Below, one piece after another: positions 17,509 through 28,483 of a DNA stretch of 64,000 bases. This DNA comes from an uncultured Actinomycetes bacterium (lineage in GTDB: Bacteria; Actinomycetota; Thermoleophilia; RBG-16-64-13). The notes beneath the pieces were generated by a model. That model was not told the origin of the DNA and made no database searches. It was given only the letters and a program-made list of their open reading frames with translations. The stretch's first letter is position 1. Each line of letters begins with the position of its first letter. Location: contig CAWDXC010000018.1 in NCBI GenBank assembly GCA_963806155.1, positions 42,514-106,513 of the forward strand. Reading direction: 5' to 3'. Position numbers and translations under genes: made by a program.

Positions 17509-19806
17509 TGCCGAGGCCCTTCGAAGTCGGGAGCGACCTGCAGCGTCAGCAACTCCTCGAGAGGGATATGGCAACAGATCTCGTGGTCGCCGAGCTCCTC
17601 CCTAGCCGAACGCCAGGGCGGCGTCGTGGTCTGGCAGATCGGTCCCAGCCGGCGAGGGCACCGCGGATGGAAACGACAGCCCGAAGGGATCTCGCCGCTG
17701 GTGGGAGTACCGGTGTGCAGGCGCACGGCCCTCCGACGCGCCCTCGGGTCGGGCACCGGTATGGCGGAAAGGAGGGCCTCGGTATACGGGTGGTAAGGCG
17801 GCGCCAGTACCAGAGCGGCATCGCCCTGCTCCATCAGGGCACCCAGGTACATCACCGCGATCCGGTGGGAAAGATGCTGTATGGCGGCCACATCATGGGA
17901 TATGAACAAGTATGAAGTGCCCTGCTCCGCCTGCAGATCGACCAGCAGGTTCATGAGCGAGCCCTGCACCGACACGTCCAGCGATGAGATCGGTTCGTCG
18001 CATATCACCAAGTCGGGCGCTGCAGCGAAGGCGCGCGCGATGGCCACCCGCTGTTTCTCGCCCCCGCTGAGTTCCGCGGGATAGCGGTGGAAGTAGCTCG
18101 CCGGCAGCCGAACGGCCTCGAGCAACTCATAGACCCGCCGGGCAGCGTGGTCGCGGTCGAGTCTGCCCAGAGTGAGCAGGGGGCGGATGACGGCTTGGCC
18201 CACAGTCCGCCTAGGGTTGAGCGAGGCGTCCGGATTCTGGAAGACCATTTGTAGGCGCCGCAGCACGTCCCGTTTGCGGTCGCCTGTCTCTGGCGCGAGA
18301 GGATCACCTTCCATGAGGACACGACCTCTGGAGGGCGCGGTGAGCCCGCTGACCACCCGGGCCAGGCTGGTCTTCCCGCTCCCGCTCTCTCCTACCAGGC
18401 CTAGAGTCTTGGCCTGGTCGACAAAGGTGGTGACTCCATCCACCGCCCTGGTCTTGGATCTTCCGGCGCCCTGATACAGCTTGCTCACGTCGCTGACGGT
18501 GAGGAAGTGGTCTTCTCCTGGTGCGGCGGCGATCGGGACGGGGGTGCCAGCAGCCTGCCCCGGCCCGCCGGCAGGCTGCTGTATCGGTGGTGCGCACTGA
18601 GGTAGGCTCACAGCGCCGCGGCGTCCTTCGTCCGAGAGAAGAGACTCCCATCTCCAGCACCGCGTCCGATGTCCCTCGGAGGCCGCCTCGAAAGGTGGCC
18701 ATTCCGTGCTGCATCGCTCGAAGGCCACTGGGCAGCGGGGAGCAAAGACGCACCCAGGGGGCAGGTCGTCAGGTTGGGGTAGCGAGCCGGGGATCGTCGC
18801 CAGGCGCGTCTCGAGACCGGCAGCCGAGCAACTGGTGACTCCGAGAGCTGTGGCCCCGGGGCCACCGGCCCCGGGGCCGCCCACGCCGTCGCGCTGTCCG
18901 TCGCTCCAGCCGACGAAACGGGGGACGCAGTTGAGCAGGTTGATCGTGTAGGGATGAAGGGGCCGCTCGAACAGATCGATCACGGCGCCTTCCTCGACCA
19001 TCTCCCCCGCATACATGACCGCGACCCGGTCGCACACTCGCGCCACGACCCCCAGATTATGAGTGATGTAAAGAATGGCCGTGCTGTACTCTTCCTTGAG
19101 CTCCTCGAGCAGCATCGAGCACCAAGGCCTGTGTGGTGACGTCGAGGGCGGTGGTGGGCTCATCGAGGATCAGAAGTTCGGGGTTTGTGACCAGGGCCAT
19201 CGCTATGGCCGCCCGCTGCAGCATCCCCCCTGAGAGTTGGTGTGGGTAGCGGTCGGCTACGGACGCGGGGTCGGGCATGTCCACGCGTTGGAGCATGGTG
19301 AGGCTGGACTCCCTGGCCTGCTTTCGGGTGAGTCTGAGATGGCGTCTGCCCATCTCGTCCAGTTGCTGTCCGATGGTGAGCGAAGGATTGAGGGCCGTCT
19401 GAGGGCTCTGGCTGACCAGGCCGACCCTCGAGCCCCAGACTTGTCGGATGCCCCGGCCGGCAAGGGCAAGGAGGTCCGTGTCGCCTAGGTGCACGGAGCC
19501 GGTGATCACTCGGCCGTTGCCCGGCAGATAACCGATAGCTCCCAGGGCGAGGGTGGTCTTGCCGGAGCCGGACTCACCGACCAGACCCAGCGTTTTCCTG
19601 GCACCCACGATCAGGTCAACGTTCCGGACGGCCGGCAAGATCCCTCCCTCTGTCTGGTAGACCACGGAGAGGTCGTCGATCTGAAGGGCAGCCAGTGCTC
19701 CCGGCGCCTGCGGCATGTCGGCCTGGGCCGATCTTGTCATCGTGGGATCCATGTGCCTCGTCTCCGCCTTACCGGCCTCGTCCGGCCCCCGGTGGGCTGA
19801 ACACAT
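17505..19806 (-). CDS. fused double-ATPase ABC protein (DppD-DppF-like) interrupted by a +1 frameshift near 19140
   Basis: NBD1 Walker A GESGSGKTT, signature LSGGMLQRAAIAMAL, Walker B LILDEPTTALD in ORF 19057..19806; the sequence continues in another frame (ORF 17505..19163: LLEELKEEYSTAILYITHNLGVV, then NBD2 GESGSGKTSL, LSGGEKQRVAIARAF, LVICDEPISSLD, oligopeptide C-terminal domain); a single extra base between …VLD and LLEEL…. Confidence 0.7.
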
Positions 19807-20602
19807 GACGCAGGCCGTCGGCCATGAGGCTGGTCCCGATCACCAGAAGGGAGATGGCAGACGCGGGGAACAGGAGCATCCACGGGGCGGCGTCGAAGAA
19901 GGTCCGAGCTTCGTTCACCTGCCGCCCCCAGTCGGGAGAGGGAGGCTGGACTCCAAGGCCCAAGAATCCCAGGGAAGCGACCAGGAAGATGGAGTAGGCG
20001 AAGCGAACGGAGGCCTCTACCAGCAGGGGAGGTACGGCATTGGGCAGCATCTCGCGAAAGAGGATGTGACGCCGGCTCTCTCCGCCCAGTCGGGCTGCTT
20101 CGACGAACTCGCGGGTACGCAGATCGAGCACCATGCTGCGGGCGATGCGGGCGAACATCGGTACGTACAGGACTGTGATGACGAGCACGAGGTTGAGGTT
20201 CGAGGGTCCGGCCGTGGCCATGAGCACCAAGGCCAGAAGGAGCGCGGGAAAGGCGAGCAGGACGTCCAGGATCCGCATGATGGCTTCGTCGTAGAGACGT
20301 CCGACATAGCCCGCCAGCAGTCCCAACGAGGTGCCGATGATGGCGGCCAGTAGCGTGCCTGCCCCGCCGAGCAAGAAGACCGCCCGCGCCCCCACCAGCA
20401 CACGGCTGAAGACGTCGCGCCCGAAGTTGTCGGTCCCCATCGGATGGTCCGGGGAGGGACCCTGGAGCCGCTCGGCGGCGTTCTGGGCGGTGTAGTCGTA
20501 GGGGGCGATCAGGGGGCCGAACAGAGCCATGAGCAGGAACAGGACGAAGATCACCGTTCCGGCCAAGGCGACCGGCTGGCGGCGGAGCCGGCGCCAGTAC
20601 AT
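19769..20602 (-). CDS. ABC peptide transporter permease (DppC/OppC-like)
   Basis: GTDNFGRDVFSRV N-terminal motif and EAA-loop region typical of DppC; probable start MYWRRLRRQ inside the longer ORF 19769..20962. Confidence 0.8.
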   Translation of the reverse strand: MYWRRLRRQPVALAGTVIFVLFLLMALFGPLIAPYDYTAQNAAERLQGPSPDHPMGTDNFGRDVFSRVLVGARAVFLLGGAGTLLAAIIGTSLGLLAGYVGRLYDEAIMRILDVLLAFPALLLALVLMATAGPSNLNLVLVITVLYVPMFARIARSMVLDLRTREFVEAARLGGESRRHILFREMLPNAVPPLLVEASVRFAYSIFLVASLGFLGLGVQPPSPDWGRQVNEARTFFDAAPWMLLFPASAISLLVIGTSLMADGLRHVFSPPGAGRGR

Positions 20603-20655
20603 GGTGGCTCCCCGTCGGCGGGAGCCGGAAGTGGGACTTGCTTCGACCTTCTCCG

Positions 20656-22263
20656 TCACCTCGTGAAGTAGGCGGTGCGGAACAGGGTGCGTGACCAGTC
20701 GGGCGCCAGCTCGATGCCATCGACGGCTGCACTGACCCCGGCCGCGGCCGTGGAGAAGAACGGCACGATCACAGGCCCGCGCTCGATCATGATCTGCTGG
20801 GCCTGCTTGTAGAGATCGATGCGCTTGGCCCGATCGAGCTCGCTGTTGATCTGAGCGGTGAGCGCGTCGAACTCCGGGTCGCTCCAATGGGACTCGTTGT
20901 AGGCGGCGTCGGTGACGTATGCCGCGTTGAAGTAGGCGTTGGGCGTGGCCCGTGCCCCCCACTCGGTTATGCCGAAGTCGACCACGAGCCAGCTGGTGTC
21001 GCCCTCGCTGTAGTACACATCGGGCGGTAAGGTCTGGATGTCGACCGTCACCCCGATGAGCTTCATCTGCTCTTTCCAGACTGTGGCGATCGCCGGTACC
21101 TCAAGAGCAGCCTGGGCATAGAGGGTGATGGTGAGACCGTCAGGGTATCCCGCATCCGCCAGCAACTTCTTGGCCTGCTCGACGTCGTAGAGCGGGGGTT
21201 GATCCAAGTAGTAGTCGCCGTAAGCGGGTCCCACGGGAGTACCGTTACCCACTACTGCGAGTCCGGGCCGCACCTGGTCGATGAGGCCTTGATGGTCGGT
21301 GCCCAACTGCAGGGCCTTGCGGACACTGGGGTCGGCAGTGGGCCGGCCCTCATCGGAACGCATGTGGATCACATAGTGGAAGGCGCTCGCCGGCCCGGTG
21401 ATCACCTTGAGATTCGCATCGGTCTTGATGGAATCGACCAACTCTGCGGTGAGCCCGGCCACGAACTGTACCTGATCTCCGCGCAGGGCCTCCACCTGTC
21501 CGGCTACATCCGGGGAGAAGATGAACTGGATCTCGTCCAGATAGGGCAGTTGCGCGCCTTGGTCGTCCTTCATCCAATAGTTCGGGTTCTTCTTGAGGAT
21601 CGCCCTGTCTTCCGCCGAGTAGGACTCGATCGCGAACGGGCCTGTGCCCACCCACTCGGCAGCCGGATCGGTTACCGTTTTCGAGAGTATGGCGGCGTGG
21701 TAATCGGCGACGTCGCTGGGGAACTCAGGATTGGGCTCGGTGAGAGTGAACTCTACGTGGGTGGGATCGGTCGCGGCGATGCCGGCGACGTTGGCATAAA
21801 GGCCGACGCCGGGCGACCCGACATCGGGGTCGCGCAGACGATCGAAGGTATAGACCACGTCATCGGCCGTGAACGCTTCGCCGTTGGAGAACTTCACGTC
21901 AGAACGGAGGGTGAAGGTCCAGACCTTGCCGTCTTCCGATCGCCATTCGGTGGCAAGGCCGGGAAGCAACTCGTTGCTCTGTCCGACATCGACCAGCCAG
22001 TCGTAGACCTGCTGGTTGATGAGAATGTCGGCCCGCGCGCTGGCGAACGCCGGGTCGCGGTTGGTGGCCGGCTCGGTCGCTACCTGGAGGATGCCGCCGG
22101 TCTGGATGCCGGTGTCGCCGGGCGTGGTGGAGGCCGTCGTATCTTCGTCATCCCCCGACCCGCAGGCAGCCGGGATCATGGCAAGTGCAAGCAGGGTGAC
22201 CAGAAACAGGGTCGCGAGAGCCCGCGGTCGTCTGGGACGAGTCGGTTGCCCGCGGTCTTGCAT
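20656..22263 (-). CDS. ABC transporter substrate-binding lipoprotein, family 5 (peptide/nickel)
   Basis: 535 aa; signal peptide + lipobox (LALAMIPAACGS), family-5 SBP features throughout. Confidence 0.85.
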   Translation of the reverse strand: MQDRGQPTRPRRPRALATLFLVTLLALAMIPAACGSGDDEDTTASTTPGDTGIQTGGILQVATEPATNRDPAFASARADILINQQVYDWLVDVGQSNELLPGLATEWRSEDGKVWTFTLRSDVKFSNGEAFTADDVVYTFDRLRDPDVGSPGVGLYANVAGIAATDPTHVEFTLTEPNPEFPSDVADYHAAILSKTVTDPAAEWVGTGPFAIESYSAEDRAILKKNPNYWMKDDQGAQLPYLDEIQFIFSPDVAGQVEALRGDQVQFVAGLTAELVDSIKTDANLKVITGPASAFHYVIHMRSDEGRPTADPSVRKALQLGTDHQGLIDQVRPGLAVVGNGTPVGPAYGDYYLDQPPLYDVEQAKKLLADAGYPDGLTITLYAQAALEVPAIATVWKEQMKLIGVTVDIQTLPPDVYYSEGDTSWLVVDFGITEWGARATPNAYFNAAYVTDAAYNESHWSDPEFDALTAQINSELDRAKRIDLYKQAQQIMIERGPVIVPFFSTAAAGVSAAVDGIELAPDWSRTLFRTAYFTR

Positions 22264-22376
22264 GGTGACTCCTCTCTTTGATCTCCTTGATTCGCTACCC
22301 TTCTACGCCTGTCTGCAAACTAGCAGTTCGCCCGGTGAGCTCTTGGCCGGGGCGTCCGATTGGTGCGGAAGTGAGT

Positions 22377-24854
22377 TCATTCGTGAGCCTGCTCCGCGCG
22401 TCGGGCCGCCTCCCGCCAGAACGGGAGTCGCTGCCCGATCCGCCAGCCCAGGCCTACGAAGAACCAGGCGAATACGCAGGTCGCGCACGTGACCCCGATC
22501 ACCGTCCAACTGGGCAGGTCGAGGGCCAGGAACTCGCGAGAGAAGGGGACGGCGAACGCGATCGCCAGAAGCGCGGCCATGGCCAAGAGGAGCCCCAGGC
22601 GCCATCCGCGGATCGGCCGTTCAATGACTGCGATGACCCGGAGACCTATGACGGAAAAGACCACCGTCTCCATGGTGCGGGCCTCGTCTACCGAAGCCCC
22701 CACAGCCCGGATGAGCAGATACGATGAAAGGACGGTGATCGCTGCCAGCAGACCGGTGGGGATCACGAAGCGGGCCACTCGGTACACGAATCCCGGGATG
22801 AAGCGGCGCGGGTTGGGCGCCAGGGCCAGGAAGAAGCCTGGTATGCCTATGACCAGGGCGTCGATGAGGCTGAGGTGGCGGGGAAGGATAGGATAGGACA
22901 CGGCCAGCGCCGCGATCGAGATGGCAAGGGCGGCGGCCCAGACGCTCTTGGTGGTGAACAGGTTGGCCACGCGCTCGATGTTGGCCGTCACCCGCCGGCC
23001 CTCTGCCATCACGCCGGGGAGGGTGGAGAAGCGCGAATCCACCAGCACCAACTGAGACACCGCCTGGGCGGCCGCCGTGCCGGTGCCCATGGCGATACCC
23101 ATGTCGGCCTGCTTGAGGGCGAGCACGTCGTTGACGCCGTCCCCGGTCATGGCCACGGTGTGCCCCCGGCTCTGGAGGGCCTCGACCATGGCGCATTTCT
23201 GATCGGGATTGACCCGGCCGAACACGGTGTTGGCCTCCATCATCTCGGCCAGAGCCTCTCCCTCCGGCAGGCTGCGGGCATCGATCGCCCGCTCGGCACC
23301 GCGGCACCCCGGCCTTCGCCGCGACTGGTGGCCACTGTGACCGGGTTGTCTCCGGAGATGACCTTGATCTCGACTCCCTGCTCCTGGAAGTAGCCGGAGC
23401 GTCTGGGGCGCGTCGGAACGGATCCGCTCGGTGAGTATCACCAGCCCCACGGGGGCCAGGTCGTCGGGGAGCTCGTCTCCGTTCAGGGGTGACTCAGTGC
23501 GGGCGAGCAGAAGCACCCGCAGGCCGTCCTTGGCGAGATCTCCGGCTCGAGCCCGAGCCTGGGCGGCGGCCGGTACGCCGTCCGCCGCCACGATCTCCGG
23601 GGCCCCCAGGACCCAGGAGCCACGGCCGCCGAACGCGCGCCGCGCTCCATTTGCGGGCAGAGGAGAACGGTACCGAGTCCTCGACAGTCCAGTCATGCGG
23701 GGCGGGGAGCGGACGCCGCGATAGCGTCGAGTGTGGAGTTTCGGCTGGAGGCGCTCGCCGCCATCATGCCGAGGACCTCGAGGGCCAGGGCATCCCGTCC
23801 CGGGTCGTCATGCGGGACGCGTCCCGCTGTCGAGCCGCTCGAAACGGTCGAACGCGGGAACGTGCTCGGTTATGGTGCCGGTCTTGTCGATGCAGAGCAC
23901 GTCCACTCGGGCAAGGCCTTCCACGGCCGGCAGCTCGCGGGTGAGGACCTTCCGCGCGCCAGCGTAATGGCCGATACGGCAAAGGCGATGCTCGTCAACA
24001 GGACCAGCCCTTGCGGGATCATGGCCACCAGGGCGGCCACCGCGTTGGTCACTCCCTGCTCCATGCCCACGTCCATGCGGAACTGGGCCCAGATGAGAAG
24101 CGCGCCGACGGGAATGATCCCGATGCCTATGATGCGCAGGATGTTGTTGATGCCCGTCATGAGGTCGGAACGCAGGCGGACGTAACGCTTGCCCTCGCCC
24201 GTCAGCCGCTGAGCGTAGGCGTTCGCGCCGACCGCGGTCGCGCGGAACAGCCCGGTCCCCGCCACGACGAAGCTGCCCGAGAGCAGGGGATCTCCCGGCC
24301 TCCTTGATCATGGGCACGGATTCCCCAGTCAGCAGGGATTCGTCCACCTCGAGGCTGAGCGACTCCAGCGTGTCTCCATCCGCCACGATCTGGTCGCCTA
24401 CCGTGATGCGGAGCACGTCGTCGAGGACCACCTCGCTTACGGGGACTTCCCGCTCCTCGCCGTCTCGTATCACCCGCGCCGCCGGTGCTGTGAGTACGTG
24501 AAGCCGATCGAGGGCGACCTTTGCCCGCATCTCCTGGGCGATACCGATGAAGGAGTTGACCACGATGATGGCTCCGAAAAGCGCGTCGCGCCATGATCCG
24601 AAGGTGATCATGAAGATGAAGAGCACGCCCAGGATGAGGTTGAAGTAGGTGAGCGTGTTGGTGCGGATGATGTCCCAGGTGGTCCGCCCGCCCGGGCGGG
24701 GGGTCACGTTGGTGAGGCCGGCGGCGACCCTCTCCCCGACCTCGGCGGAGGTGAGTCCGCTCACCGGCGGTCTGCTGTCCAGCTCTGCGGTGTCGCTCGG
24801 CGGCGGAGCACCGTTCACCAACTCTCCCCTCCCACGTGCCACGGGTGCTTTCAC
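22377..24854 (-). pseudogene. P-type cation-transporting ATPase disrupted by at least four frameshifts
   Basis: TGES (24854-side ORF), middle TM4 region only in ORF 23870..24265, DKTGTIT back in the first frame, GVEIKVISGDNPVTVA only in a third frame near 23300-23350, GDGVNDVLALKQADMGIAMG and C-terminal TMs in ORF 22377..23696. Confidence 0.7.
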
Positions 24855-24897
24855 GCCAAGGTTACCAAATAGCCCGTTTCAGTCTTGCATTCCTTGC

Positions 24898-25806
24898 ATG
24901 GATGGGTTCCCATTGACGGATGTCGTGCGCGATCCAATCATGATCCACGCCGGCCTGGCCCTGGCTCGTCGCCTGGAGGACCTCATCTGCGCGGAGTTCC
25001 GGCGTCTGGCCGCGGTCGCCCCGGCGGTCCTGCCGGGTGTGCCCGCGGAGTACATCGACGCAGGCGGTGGGGTAGCGCTGTGGCTGGGTGAGGGTTCGCC
25101 GGTGAACCTGGTGGTCGGCATGGGTATGGCCGGGCCGGTCGGGGAGACAGAACTGGAGCGTGTGGAGGCTTTCTACCACGATCGGGGAGCTGAGGCGGTG
25201 ATCAGCGTGTGCCCGCTGGCCGACGCCTCGCTGCTCGAGAGCCTGGGACAGCGGGGATGGCGGGTTTCGGATTTCGAGCACGTGCTCGCACTGGAGCTTG
25301 GAGGTCGGACATCGGTGGCTCCCGACCAGGCAGTCTCCGCCCCGGGTGTGCCGCCCATGGGCGTAGACGTGCGGGCATGTTCGCTACCGGAGCGAGCGTT
25401 GTGGGGACAGATCGCCGCGCGCGGATTCGCGGACGGGGAGTCGCCCCACCGCAGGCATGAGGAGTTCGGCGCGATCATGGCGGGGCGTCAGGACGCTGTC
25501 CTGGTCCTGGCCTGGGTAGACGGGGCGCCCGCTGGGACCGGAGCGTTGGTGATCGAGGGCGGAGTGGGGTGGTTGTCGGGGGATTCCACGCTGCCCGAGT
25601 ACCGAGGGCGCGGCCTACAGCAAGCCATCCAGTGGCATCGGCTGCTGGTGGCCGAAGAGGCAGGTTGCGACCTGGCGGTCACAGAGGCGGCGCCCGGCAG
25701 CGGTTCGCAGCGGAACATGGAGCGGCTTGGATTCCGTATCGTCTACACGCACGTGGAGTTCGCCAAGTCGCGAGCTGGGGGCCCCGGAAGTCGGCCCGGG
25801 GACTGA
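24898..25806 (+). CDS. GNAT-family N-acetyltransferase (two-lobed)
   Basis: ATG at 24898 (MDGFPLTDV…) inside ORF 24649..25806; C-terminal GNAT motif region RGRGLQQAIQWHRL…LGFRIVY. Confidence 0.65.
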   Translation: MDGFPLTDVVRDPIMIHAGLALARRLEDLICAEFRRLAAVAPAVLPGVPAEYIDAGGGVALWLGEGSPVNLVVGMGMAGPVGETELERVEAFYHDRGAEAVISVCPLADASLLESLGQRGWRVSDFEHVLALELGGRTSVAPDQAVSAPGVPPMGVDVRACSLPERALWGQIAARGFADGESPHRRHEEFGAIMAGRQDAVLVLAWVDGAPAGTGALVIEGGVGWLSGDSTLPEYRGRGLQQAIQWHRLLVAEEAGCDLAVTEAAPGSGSQRNMERLGFRIVYTHVEFAKSRAGGPGSRPGD

Positions 25807-25842
25807 CCCGACCGACACTCCGCCTGGCGAACCGACTGGGGT

Positions 25843-25988
25843 TGTGTTCTTTCCTCGGCCGGGCCCTCGGCTACGGGGGCGTGGTCAACGACTTCAGCAT
25901 ATGGAGCTTCCTCATAGCCATAGGAGTCTCTATCGTGCTGCTTCTGGCTCTCAGCGCCACCCGGATCGGGAGGAGGAGAAAGGCCTGA
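25843..25988 (+). CDS. candidate small hydrophobic protein (~48 aa, single TM, basic C-terminus)
   Basis: Locally AT-richer patch; translation …NDFSIWSFLIAIGVSIVLLLALSATRIGRRRKA*; possible TTG (25843) or GTG (25881) start; not supported by any conservation evidence. Confidence 0.25.
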
Positions 25989-26021
25989 TCCCCGCCGGCG
26001 ACGGCGCCGGAGGAAGCGGCA

Positions 26022-26485
26022 TCACAAGAGACGCCGCAGCTTCGGCCCCGTGAACTCGAAGCCCCTGTGTCTGTAGAAGTCCACCGCCCGCTCGGCGCCC
26101 TCGTCCTCCGGGCCGGTGACGTCCAGCCGGAACCATCTCCGCTCTCGAGCCACGGTCACGGCCGCGTCGACCAACCGCCCGCCGATACCGCGGCAGCGGT
26201 GGCCGGGCAGGACGTACATCTCGTCGATCGACGCCGTACTCTCCCCCGGCGTAGAGGGCGAAACTCTCCGAAAGGGTCAGGACTCCTACCGCGGTGCCGC
26301 TCTCGTCCTTGGCCAAGCAGGGCCAGGAATCGTGCGGAATCCAGATTCCCTTCGATGTCGGCGTGGAGCTTCTCTCGATCGATCTGGGCGAATTCTTGTC
26401 CCTCGCTTCCCAATTCGGCGAGCAGTTCCTCGATGAGCGTTAGCACGGTGCCGATCTCGTGCCGCCGGGCCATCTCGACCCTCAT
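26022..26485 (-). pseudogene. GNAT-family acetyltransferase requiring two frameshifts
   Basis: N-terminus in ORF 26156..26485, middle (…GVLTLSESFALYAGGEYGVD) in ORF 25951..26316, C-terminal GNAT motif (GHRCRGIGGRLVDAAV…FYRHRGF) in ORF 26022..26219. Confidence 0.5.
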
Positions 26486-26589
26486 GACGGCGGACCGTCC
26501 TCGGACTGCGGGGCGTCGGTCCCCGCTGAGCCGGCCGCGAGGTCGAGGGGCTTGGTCGCGGTGAGCGAGAACATGAGGGGGATCTGGGG

Positions 26590-27489
26590 CGTGTCCGTCG
26601 GGCAGGCGGTACGCGCCCTGCGTCGTCCTTGACCATCCAGGGGAACCACCGCCAGAAAAGGTACGGGTACTCGCGTAGGGACGTGATGGAAAGACCTGCC
26701 GCCGTCAGCGAGCCCACGATCTCCGCAAAGGTGTGCTGCCAGGAGTACGAGACGCTTTCGAGATCGGCATCGGGGACGGCATACGATCCCTTTTCCTCCC
26801 AGCGGAGCGCCGTCCGGTCGAAATAGGGGAAGCGGAAGCGCAGTTCGGGTTCGGCCGTCTCGTCGAACATCCAGGTGAAGGGATGGGAGTCGGCGATGAA
26901 GAACAGTCCTCCCGGTTTAAGGACCCGGGCGACGGTACGGGCCCAGGGGGCGAGGTCCGGCAGCCAGGAGATGGTCCCATGCGAGGTGAAGACAACGTCG
27001 AACTGCTCATTTCCTACGCATGCCGCGGACGGCAGCGGTGTCGGTGACATCGGCCTGGACGAAGCGGGCGTCGATCGCCAACTCCCGCGCCAGGCGCCGG
27101 GCGTGAGCGACCGCCCTCTCCGAGAAGTCGACCCCGGTCACCCGGGCGCCGCGGCGCGCCCACGACAGGGTGTCGAGTCCGAAGTGGCACTGCAGGTGAA
27201 GCAGTGACTTCTCGCGCACGTCACCCACCCCTTCGAGCTCGACGGCGTCCAGCGTGTCTCGGCCGGCCTTGAAACCTTCCACGTCGTAGAACTCGCTGGT
27301 GACATGGAGCTCGGCCCAGGCGTCCCAGAGGTCGCGATTGGCGCGGACCGGGTCGCCGGCGAGGTCGCCAGGAAGCCCGCGGCCAGAATAGCCGGGACTT
27401 CTGGCGGCGAGATCCCCGGGACCGTCGGCGGGCTGCCGCTCGCGGACCGGGTCGGCAGGGTGTGTGTCTTTGTCTTGCATGGCGGTCAT
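26590..27489 (-). pseudogene. class I SAM-dependent methyltransferase split by a frameshift near 27030
   Basis: N-terminal half with SAM-binding motif in ORF 27007..27489, C-terminal half (EQFDVVFTSHGTISWLPDL…) in ORF 26286..27050; 3' limit uncertain. Confidence 0.55.
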
Positions 27490-27553
27490 CCTAACACCAG
27501 GCTACAATAGCCGGCATCGTGACCGCCATCGCTGCCGTACTCCCGGAGGAGGA

Positions 27554-28465
27554 ATGGCCATGACGCAGACCGCGATGTTCACATCCCAAGAACGAGGCCT
27601 GCCGCTGTTCAGGCGAGGCAAGGTGCGCGATGTCTACAAGCCCAGCGGCAAGCATCTGCTCATCGTCGCCTGCGACCGTATCTCCGCCTTCGACCATGTC
27701 CTCCCCACTCCGGTGCCGGGCAAGGGCAGGATCCTCACCCAGATGTCCAACTTCTGGTTCGAGAAGACGGCGCACCTGATCGCCAACCACATCGTCGACG
27801 GCGATCCAGGCCCGGAGTGGTACCCCGAACTGGACTGGTACTACGAAGACCTCAGGGGGCGGACGGTCCTGGTGCGCAACGCCCAGCCTCTGACCATCGA
27901 GGCGATAGTGCGCGGCTATCTCTCGGGTTCGGGCTGGAAGGAGTACCAGGATCTGGGGACGGTCTGTGGCATCCGCTTGCCTGACGGCCTCCGGGAGTCC
28001 GCCGGGCTGCCGGAGGCGATCTTCACCCCCTCCACCAAGGCTCAGTCCGGTCACGACGAGAACATATCGTTCGATGAAGCGGCTTCGATCTTGGGGCGGG
28101 ACCTCGCCGAGAGAGTGCGCGATACGAGCCTCGCGCTCTATCGCTTTGCGGCGGAGCACGCCCTGGAACGGGGCATCATCATCGCCGACACCAAATTCGA
28201 GTTCGGGCTGGTGGACGACGGGAGCGCCGACCACGGGGAACTCATCTTGATCGACGAGGTCCTCACTCCCGATTCGTCCCGGCTCTGGCCGGCCGACTCG
28301 TACGAGCCGGGCCGACCCCAGGCCAGCTTCGACAAGCAGTTCGTGCGCGACTACCTGGAAGCTATCCGCTGGAACAAGGAAGCTCCCGCCCCCGCGTTGC
28401 CCGACGACGTGGTCGATAAGACCCGGGAGAAGTACCAGGAGGCCTTGCGGCGCCTGACCTCCTGA
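27554..28465 (+). CDS. purC: phosphoribosylaminoimidazole-succinocarboxamide (SAICAR) synthase
   Basis: Full-length PurC-like sequence (…RGKVRDVY…[13 protein letters not shown]…, …[12 protein letters not shown]…); ATG at 27554 behind GGAGGAGGA Shine-Dalgarno. Confidence 0.9.
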   Translation: MAMTQTAMFTSQERGLPLFRRGKVRDVYKPSGKHLLIVACDRISAFDHVLPTPVPGKGRILTQMSNFWFEKTAHLIANHIVDGDPGPEWYPELDWYYEDLRGRTVLVRNAQPLTIEAIVRGYLSGSGWKEYQDLGTVCGIRLPDGLRESAGLPEAIFTPSTKAQSGHDENISFDEAASILGRDLAERVRDTSLALYRFAAEHALERGIIIADTKFEFGLVDDGSADHGELILIDEVLTPDSSRLWPADSYEPGRPQASFDKQFVRDYLEAIRWNKEAPAPALPDDVVDKTREKYQEALRRLTS

Positions 28466-28483
28466 GGCAAGTGGCCTGACCTC

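Noticed and set aside
19715-22281. ORFs 19737..20732 (-), 19715..20353 (+), 21199..22281 (+)
   Set aside because: Alternative-frame or antisense to the DppC permease and SBP genes
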